A stretch of 64,000 nt of DNA from Eledone cirrhosa. Its lineage: Eukaryota. Where the stretch lies: assembly GCA_964016885.1 (NCBI GenBank), contig OZ024740.1, positions 73,346,001-73,410,000 on the forward strand, written 5' to 3'. The translations under genes and the position numbers were made by a program. The notes beneath the pieces were generated by a model that did no database searches, was not told the DNA's origin, and was given only the letters and a program-made list of their open reading frames with translations. Below, piece by piece: positions 54,301 through 64,000 of this stretch (position 1 is its first letter; each line of letters begins with the position of its first letter).

Positions 54301-57300
54301 CTAAGAAGCCTACATCTTGGCGTGTTCCCGGCAGAATCCAGGTGTGTACATCATTGAACCTGACAGTATTAGTGGTAGACCGTAGTGAGAAGCGTTCTTG
54401 CTATTCTGCATGACAAGGTCTGCAGACTTCGACAAAGCATGATTAGAGACAAGCAGGTGGAAGTTCCGTTGAACAACACTGGAGGGTATAATTTTTGTCA
54501 GCTGACAAAGACCTAACCCACCATCACACCTGCTACTATATAGGAATTAAATCAAGGTCAATTCGTGCAGATGCAACATCCTATGGGTCCCCATGCGAAT
54601 AACCATGTCCAACACTTCAAGATTGTTCTGAGCAGGTAAGACCTGCGACAGGATGTAAAACAACCCAAGCAAGTAGTACTGCAACAGAAGATGGAATTTC
54701 TTTTGGGGTTTCATATTGCTATACGGTAATCACAATGCTATAGCCACACTTAGCAATGGTTAGCAATCGTAACCAGATTTTTGGAGACACTACAAGAAGA
54801 AACAAACATTATTTAGTGCTGTCATTTAGTTTTAATCGAGTGTTAATAACTCTGATAATCTCAGTGAAACTAAATTTGAGGAAGGAATGAATTGATGATG
54901 CAAACATAATCTCATTGAGTTTAAATGGAAAGAACGAAACATGAGTTAAATGCTTTTTAATAATCATTTCATCTACATCTAATGGCACATTGTAATAACT
55001 CTATGGTCCTTTCAGCTCAGCTATTAACACATTGTGTAATAACTGTGTGATCCTTCCACTCCAGATATTGACATTGTAATAACTGTGTGGTCCTTCCACC
55101 CCAGCTAATGACATTGTAATAACTGTGTGTTCCTTTCACCCCAACTAATGATATTGTAAATACTGTATGGTACCCTATAAGAAGTAATACTTCTTTGATG
55201 AAAAATCTAAATGAATGTGAAATCAATTGAGAATTATTGATTGGGAAGTATAATTTTCTTACCATCCTGTAATAATTTAGCAGAAAATATCTAAAATCAG
55301 ATTTGTTAATTCAAATGTTTATAGTAAACAGATTGTTGTGTAAGTTTGCAGTAATAAAAGTAAAGACTTTAATTTTGAATGTGATGCAATCACAATGCTG
55401 TTTTATACTTTTCAAGAACGTCTTGCTAATGTGGTTTCATGTGATTTGCTTATTCAAATGTTTACTGGTAGACAAATCATTGTAAAAATTTGTAACATTA
55501 GAATAACAACTTTAATTTTTAATGTGATTCAGTCATAGTGATGTTTTGTACTTCTCAAGAATGTATTGCTAATGTGGTTTCATATGGTACAGGATGTTAA
55601 GAGTTAAATAAATTGAACATAAAAAAAAAAGTAATTCTTCATAGTTTTAAGAGAGTTAAACATTGCTTTACTTACAATTAATACTTGAAATTGTCAAGTG
55701 TTATAATCAGTTCTTATGGAATCACAGATGACAAACCAATACATTTATAGATGTTTTTTTATCATAATAGAAAATATACCACAATTTATCATTTATTTCC
55801 ACCAGCAAACCAATATAATCTTTACTTAACTCTTAACATGCTGTAAAGATATAGCAGGAAATGAGTTTGTTAATCCAAATGTTTGTAGTATCTTTACAAA
55901 TAGACAGATTGTTGTGAATATTTGCAGTAAACTAAAGATTTGAATTATTACTGTAATGCAGTTATAGTGTTTTGTACTAATGCAGTTTTATGTGGTACAG
56001 GGAGTTAAGAATTAAGATTGTACACTTCAGAAAATGCCTTCCCAACCTTAAAATTGTTTTCATGCAGTTGCATGTGTTAAAGTGGTGGTAGTAGAAGGAA
56101 GAGTGGAAGTAGTAATAGTAATAAAACCCCAACTTTATTGTATTTTTAATAATTTACTACCCAGGGCCGTATTATTCATTAGGCAGATGAGGCTGAAACC
56201 TACAATCTCCACAGCAACTAGGGGTCATCACAGTGACTGGGGGTCAACACAGTGATTAAGAGTTTCCACTGCAACTAGGGGTTCCACAATGACTAGCGGT
56301 CTCCACTATGGCTAGGGGCTCCACAGCTACTATGGGCTTTACAAGGAGTAAGAACCCACAGGGACTAGGGGTCTCCAAAGAGACTATGGGCTTTGCAAGG
56401 AGTAGGAATCCACATGGTCTAAGGGGTTCATCAATTTACTTGTTTGTTTGTTTGATTTTTTTTGCTGTAGTGGTAGTAGCAGTTTGAGGTGCCACTTAGA
56501 GACCACAAATACCTAAAATACTAGGGGTTCAGACAGGGTTAATATAGCCTAGTTACCACCATGTACTGATGCAGTTTTATTTGTTGTTTTTTAATGACAG
56601 AGCAATGTTTAATGGTTGGTCTGGTTTCATTATCATGGCTGAACGAAAAAAAAAAAAAACTGGATGCTTTTCACCCTGACTGACGAAAACTGAAGAAACT
56701 GGCTTGTTTGTAAACAGGTATACAGACAATGTAGAAATGAATATTAAAGCCATTGTTGTGTGTAAATGTAGGAGCATGTAATGTTGAATATTAAAGCCAT
56801 TGTGTGGAAATGTAGCAGTGGAAAATTGGTTGTGGCTAGAAAAAATATTTAGCAGAGCCATGCTTTGTAGTTGGAGTTGATGCCAAGTCAGCACAAAGAG
56901 TGGCATGGGATGAAGTTTACCATACACCCTGAACCTTACACAGTAACAATGTAACAGGAGTCTGAAAGTAAAGAAAAAAAAAAGAGTAAATAATAATTGT
57001 TTGTACATTTGGCACAAGGCCAGCAATTTGGCGGAAAAAGGAAAGTAGATTATATCAACCCAGTGTGTTACTGGTACTTTATTTTATCAACCTCATAAGA
57101 ATGAAAGGCAAAGCTAACCTCCGAGATTTAAACTCAGAACATAAAAGGATGTAACTATATGCTGCAAAGCATGTTGTCCAACATTCTACTGATACTTTCA
57201 ATCCACCAAAAGTATATCAAATATAAATATAGTGGCCACATGTCATCAATAATAAACAGCAATAACATTGAATATATTCTATTTTTGGAGTACAACATTG

Positions 57301-57699
57301 GTATGCCATATATATATCAGGATTACTGGATATATGAAGAATCATACAAACTGGGAAATTAGTGTTTTGATAAATTTATGCTTTGCACAAGAGAAACTTT
57401 ATAGTGTATGCTGATTACTGATGTGGTGGTGATTTAAGATAAAAATGATATTTTAATAATTTATTTGAAGGATATAATTACATGAATATTTAGCTTGAAT
57501 GTTACAAATGACATATAAGATGAAATATGTGAGTAACTAAGGAAAAAAAAAATATTTACAAGGACAACTGTAGGTTTAGAACCCAGGGCCTTGTGATTGG
57601 AAAAAAAAAATTCTTATTGTAGCAATATGTCTGAGAAGAAATGCACTATGCATGTGTTTAAATTTGAAAGAGTTACAGACATATATATATATATATATA

Positions 57700-58190
57700 T
57701 ATCATCAACGTTTTTACATCTGCTTTTTTACGCTTGCATAGGTTGGGCTGGTCTTTCTCAGCATAACATCTTTCCACATGTCGCAATCCTTTGTCATCTC
57801 CTCTGTAAGTCTCAGTGATTTGGGACAGCTCTCATAACCTCTGCCCAGGCCATTCTTGGTCTATCTCTACCACGGCTTCTTTCCACTGACATTTCCTGGC
57901 ACTTCTTCACCCAATGATCATTGTCTATGCACATCACATGTCCAAACCAATGCAGTCTTCTCTCCTGCACACCACCTGCATTCTCTTAAACCCAGCTTCT
58001 CCCTCAACTCTTTTCTCTCACACTTACATTGCACATCCAATGGGGCATGGTTGCTTCATTTCTCTCCAGTCTACACATGTCCTCTGCAATCACAACCCAT
58101 GTTTCAGTCCCATGCAACATCGCATTTCATACATAGGCAACATACAGTTGTCCTTTTTTGTACATAACGATAAACCTTTTGTGATCAACA
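57700..58190 (-). mobile_element. Degenerate RTE-like LINE 3' remnant
   Basis: Same tail motif as the 16357 family plus cacatgtccaaaccaatgcagtct (RLHWFGHV on the minus strand). Confidence 0.6.
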
Positions 58191-58205
58191 GTATATATAT
58201 ATATA

Positions 58206-58310
58206 TTTTTTTTCTGAAATCAAACATAATACACTATATGTGTTTGTGTGTGTATATATATACACACACAAACACATATAGTGTATTATGTTTGATTTCA
58301 GAAAAAAAAA
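58206..58310. repeat. Perfect ~105-bp palindrome centred on (TA)n
   Basis: tttttttctgaaatcaaacataatacactatatgtgtttgtgtgtg-tatatatata-cacacacaaacacatatagtgtattatgtttgatttcagaaaaaaa. Confidence 0.92.
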
Positions 58311-59342
58311 ATTTTTTTTAACTTAGGCAGAAGGCAAGCAATTTAGTAGGGAGAGGAAAGCCAATTAAATTGATCCCAGTAGTTGTCTAAAGTCTAAAGT
58401 CTGTCTCAAGCCCAGAGCTTATCCTAGTTTACGTGGCATTAAGCAACTGAGAGTACAAAACTCACAGCTGGACATGACACCAGTCCATCACAGGGCTAAA
58501 CCCCCAACTATTGCTGGTATACATTTCAGCTGAGTATACGAGAGCAACATGAAATGAAATGCTTTGCTCAAGAACATAACACACAACTCAGTCTAGGAAT
58601 TGAACCCACAACATTATAATAATAATAATGAAATTTTTGTGTACAGTGCTCAGGTGCACTACAACAACTACAATCGTGTGCCTTCACTCCAGTACTTGAC
58701 TGGTACTTTATTTTATTGACCTCAGAAGGGTGAAAGGCGAAGTTGATCTTAGTAGGGTTTGAACTCATAATGTAAAGAGTCAGAAGAAATACCATGAGAT
58801 ATCTTATCTGATACTCTACCAATTCTACCATTTAACCACTCTAATTATTGATTAATCAAAGAATAATAAAAATTTCAAAAAAATATATTAAATATTTATA
58901 TACTTCAATATTCTTTAAAAAGAAGAAAATAACTATAGCCATCACTCATAATCGAGCATAACTTGGTAGTATATACCATGCTTTCTCTTGAGATTTTAGA
59001 TATCCGAGCACACAGACACCCACTTGATCCAGCAGAGCATCCAGGATATGCTACTAAATTGACCACTAAACAATTTCAATAATTAAATGGTTACTGAAAA
59101 AAGCAGTATTAAACATATAGAAAAAGGACCATTTTATGAGATTTCATTTCTTATACAAATCTCAGATTTTGGCCCCTAAGTTCAATTGACCCCACTCTCT
59201 GAGTAGTCCCATGGACTGCTGGAGTTGGTATCAAACTATGCTTGGGATCTCTGCTCTAAATGTTAACCTATTTATGAAAATACGACACACACACACACAC
59301 ACACACACGTATATTAGTGACTTTAAATGAAACATCACTTAC

Positions 59343-59443
59343 CCAAATAGAAACTGTTCTGCTGATATTTACTATCTGTATCCATCCAGTTCACAGGCTT
59401 TAGCAATTATAGTTGGTACGTCAACTTTAGTATAGGGGAAATT
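59343..59443 (-). other. Candidate spliced exon (101 nt)
   Basis: ttgttctatttttgtAG | aatttcccc...ctatttgg | GTAAGT; phase-0 frame reads NFPYTKVDVPTIIAKACELDGYR then stop. Confidence 0.35.
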
Positions 59444-60289
59444 CTACAAAAATAGAACAAAGCCATCATATTAGTTATATATGAATACTGAAATATTAAA
59501 AACAATGGTTACATTATACAGACCATAAAACAGCCATTAACAAATATATATTTATATATCCATATAAGATAATTATGCTGGAGTCAGGATAATATACTCT
59601 AAGTACATGCTGTGATATGGTTGACATTAGAAAGGGCATCCAGCTGTAAAAACCATGCCAAAATGGAACCTATGAGCAAGATACAGTTCATCTGACCTCA
59701 AAACGTGTCAACCTGTCTTACCCATGCTAGCATGAAAAATAAACATAAAACTGAAATAGAGATGATGATGGTGGTGGTGGTGATGGTCATGATGGCAGTG
59801 GCGGTGATGGTCATGATGGCAGTGGCGGTGATGGTCGTGATGGTGGTGGTGAAGGTGATGGTGGGTTGATGATAATGTATATACACAACAAATAAAAATG
59901 TTATAAAAACAGTAATATTTCTCAGTATAGTTTACATGTTCAGAAAGCTGGTACAATATAAAGGTGATACTGGAGTAAAAGGATGATAAAACAAGATAAA
60001 ATAATGTTTTTACCCATTATATTGCCAAACAAAGGGTTGGGAAGACCCGCAAGTTGTGTCAAAAACATGACAACCTAGTGCTGGTGCCATAATAAAATGT
60101 ACTTGATAGAACATAGAACTATATCTAAGTAAGATGTGAACCCCAATCCAACCCTTGCTAGCAGGGAAAGTGGATGTTAAATGATGATCTTAAATGATAT
60201 AAAGATCTTTTCATTTGAAAATGAGGTCACTGCTTTGAAGGGTTTAGTCAGTTATTTTGACCGTTTTACTGAACAAAAGAGATGTAGCC

Positions 60290-61305
60290 AACCTTAACAT
60301 CATCATTGAACAAAAGAGAGGGAGCCAACTTTAACATGACCACCACTACTGAACAGAAGAGAGGAAACCAACTTTAACATGACCACCACTACTGAACAGA
60401 AGAGAGGAAACCAACTTTAACATGACCACCACTACTGAACAGAAGAGAGGAAACCAACTTTAACATGACCACCACTACTGAACAGAAGAGAGGAAACCAA
60501 CTTTAACATGACCACCACTACTGAACAGAAGAGAGGAAACCAACTTTAACATGACCACCACTACTGAACAGAAGAGAGGAAACCAACTTTAACATGACCA
60601 CCACTACTGAACAGAAGAGAGGAAACCAACTTTAACATGACCACCACTACTGAACAGAAGAGAGGAAACCAACTTTAACATGACCACCACTACTGAACAG
60701 AAGAGAGGAAACCAACTTTAACATAACCACCACTACTGAACAGAAGAAAGGGAGCCAACTTTAACATGACCACCACTACTGAACAGAAGAAAGGGAGCCA
60801 ACTTTAACATGACCACCACTACTGAACAGAAGAGAGGAAACCAACTTTAACATGACCACCACTACTGAACAGAAGAGAGGAAACCAACTTTAACATGACC
60901 ACCACTACTGAACAGAAGAGAGGAAACCAACTTTAACATGACCACCACTACTGAACAGAAGAGAGGAAACCAACTTTAACATGACCACCACTACTGAACA
61001 GAAGAGAGGAAACCAACTTTAACATGACCACCACTACTGAACAGAAGAAAGGGAGCCAACTTTAACATGACCACCACTACTGAACAGAAGAGAGGAAACC
61101 AACTTTAACATGACCACCACTACTGAACAGAAGAGAGGAAACCAACTTTAACATGACCACCACTACTGAACAGAAGAAAGGGAGCCAACTTTAACATGAC
61201 CACCACTACTGAACAGAAGAGAGGAAACCAACTTTAACATGACCACCACTACTGAACAGAAGAGAGGGAGCCAACTTTAACATGACCACCACTACTGAAC
61301 AGAAG
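60290..61305. repeat. Homogeneous 43-bp minisatellite, ~23-24 copies, two unit variants
   Basis: aaccaactttaacatgaccaccactactgaacagaagagagga; period of 43 at 60361/60404. Confidence 0.97.
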
Positions 61306-64000
61306 AAAAACAGCCTGTAGGAATCTTGAGGAGTCAATCACTTCATTTAATTTCAGTTCATTTCAATTGATCCCTAAAACTATATGAGTAGCCTCATCAA
61401 TATCCAGTTTCCAAATACAATGATCACCGATCAACGACCAAGAGAGCAACCGACCGACCAACCAGACCAAGCATTAGCTGTTAGCAGCTCGTTATCTGTG
61501 TTAATTAAGCCGTTGTGACAAGATATTACTTACATAATGACAGACTTGGTACAATGGCCTATTACAAGTGTTATAACATTGTTTGAAGTTATAATCTAAT
61601 TTGTGGCAAACTCTAGCGCTAGCCTGTTATTTTCATAGCAAAGCCGAGTGACACCTTTAGGGAGAAAGTGAAAGAGAGACAACACTGCAGTTATACACAC
61701 ACAGTCAGTCTCTCTATGTTTCTGTCACTGTCTCTCACCCTCCCTCTCTCTGTCTCCTCCCACTCATACAGTCACTCATTTGTGTCTAATTTCCTGTTAA
61801 TGATAGGTGCTTCTCTACTAGCTTTACTCTACACAAAGACAGGCTGTAAAAGGGTCTGGTGGTGGAAAGGGAATACTTTATGTTCTTAAGCAGATGCAAA
61901 TAATTGAAGTTCTGTAATTCATCATTAAAGAGACAAGACCACACCATGGACTGAAGGAGGGGAAGGGAGGAGGATAAAAGTAAGGACAGCAGATAGGACA
62001 GAGGGGAGAAGAAACATGAGGGAGAGACAGGTGAGGTTGAGAGAGAGAAAGAGAGGTAGAGAGAAAGAGGGTGTGGTGTAGAAAGAGAACTTGAAAGAGG
62101 TGAGTATGATGTAGAGAGCGAGAGAGTGGAGTGAGAGAGAGATGTAGAGAGAGAGGAGCAAAATGAGCAAGCGAAGAGAAGAGAAAAAAAGATCCAGTAA
62201 TAAAAGAGGGAAAGAAAATAAAAAGTGTGGGGGGGGGGGGGGGGGTAAAAAAAAGAAAGGCTATAAGTGAAGAAGTTTGACATGAAGAAACTGAGGAAGG
62301 TGAAAGACTGAAAATGAAGGAGAAAGGGGGAAATTAATATAATTTGTAAGAGAAAGAAAGACTAAGACTTAGAACTAAAGAATGCTGGACAAGAATCTGG
62401 TGAGGTGGGGGGGGAATACTCAATACTACCCTACCCTTGTGACAAGCAATGGGTTTTTAAATACAAAGATAACCACTCCACACCTACAGCCCCTGATGTT
62501 AATTAGCTTTAACTCCTCATCTAAATATTCTTTCATTCTTGTAGTATCAGTGGATTGGCACTATCGGTAGAGGGTCGGACGCCATGCTTTCAAGCATAGT
62601 TACGTCCCTTTACGATCTGAGTTCAAATCCCGCCGAGGTTGACTTTGCCTTTCATCCTTACGGGGTCGATAAAATAAAGTACCAGTAATGCACTGGGTAA
62701 TTGCTGGCCTTGTGCCTAAAGTAGAAACAAGTATTTACACAGACAGAAAAATAACCATTATGACCACTAGTACATCTAGAAGTGGCACTAACATACCATG
62801 GTTCCTTATACATAATACTGAATGAAATGGTTGTATTCACACACACACACATATATATATAATAGAAATGGTTGTATTCACACACACACACATATATATA
62901 TAATATTTGTAAATCGAACATTAGCTGCAGTACAGCAAGTACTATTCGATTGAGGCAATCACAAAGCACTCAATGGATCAAAAGTTAAAAACAAACATTA
63001 AGTCCAGAGTTAACACCATAGTGTGGACACCAAGAACACCGGCTGAAGGCACAAACTATACATGCAACAAAATTACGATAGTGTATTGGTGTGTAAAATT
63101 AATTAATTAATAGTTCCCCAGTTTGAGCACTCAATGCTAATATATGGGTTCAGCTACCGAGAATCGACAAGTTATCAATTCCAGAGTTGGGCCCCGATCA
63201 CTAACAATTGTACCTTGAATGGATCAATCATGAAACACGTGTCATGTGTGAATAAACATCATGTTATATTCATACTTTGTTCCTGCTCATAATTATTATT
63301 ATTACGGGGTCGATAAAATAAAGTAGCAGTAATGTACTGGATAATTGCTGGCCTTGTGCCTAAAGTAGAAACAATTATTTAGAGAGAGAGAGAGAACATC
63401 AACATCATTTAACATCTATTTTCAATATTGAGCAATATCAAATGCAAATATTGAAAATATGATAATTTCTTCCTTTTTGAAATTTGTGTTTTAACTGAAA
63501 ATTTCTGGAGAACATAACATTTAGAAACAAGACAAGTGAAGTTCCTGAGAACAATAAAGACAGGTAAAATACAATAACAACAACAGCAGATGAGAAGAAA
63601 GGTGGAGATAATGAGAGGAAATCAAATAATTGACTACAAACTCGAAAGCAAAAATAAAATAGTAAAAACGTTTAACTCTTTTGATACCAAACTGCCCTTG
63701 GTTCTATGATAAGAAACTATTCATTTTACATTTTACATTTTATTATCCAGTGCATTACCGGTACTTTATTTTATCGACCCCGTAAGGATGAAAGGCAAAG
63801 TTAACCTCGGCGGGATATGAACTCAGACCATCAAGAACTGTAACTCTATGCTGCAAAGCATGGTGTCCAACTCTCTACCGATACTGCCAATTCACCGTAT
63901 TTTTACACCACTAGTTTGAATTCAGTCCCAGTTATTTGCCTCACAATAGAAACTTCAATTTTAATTTAACTGTTTAATTTAACCACATCAAACACACCTG

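Noticed and set aside
60290-61305. 43-bp array as a CRISPR array (likewise 8270-9050 and 49835-50240)
   Set aside because: Contiguous tandem units with no unique spacers, eukaryotic context and no cas genes

Overview
AT-rich, microsatellite-saturated animal genomic DNA with no convincing host protein-coding gene. The SINE and LINE-tail repertoire looks cephalopod (Octopus-like); this is inferred from remembered repeat consensus, not from a search. Nearly all listed ORFs are microsatellite artefacts. Real coding remnants are all retroelements: two degenerate Tx1/L1-clade LINEs (3813-7768 minus with a 17-bp TSD; about 33530-38700 plus), R4/Dong-like and RTE-like fragments, and two Penelope-like element (PLE) families with GIY-YIG endonuclease remnants. 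The main hidden signal is a dense set of about 20 type I hammerhead ribozyme (HHR) motifs (stem I-CUGANGA-stem II-GAAA-short stem III-UH-stem I) from many unrelated families. They sit in short non-coding cassettes embedded in (TA)n tracts and arranged either as fold-back palindromes or as 1.1-1.4-mers of 300-520 nt units. This is consistent with a PLE-mobilised, microsatellite-targeting, retrozyme-like population. A 2 kb inverted, circularly permuted copy of a PLE plus its downstream flank (19352-21321) and a conserved splice donor at the ORF1 stop of both Tx1 elements are also notable. All alignments and folds were done by eye.
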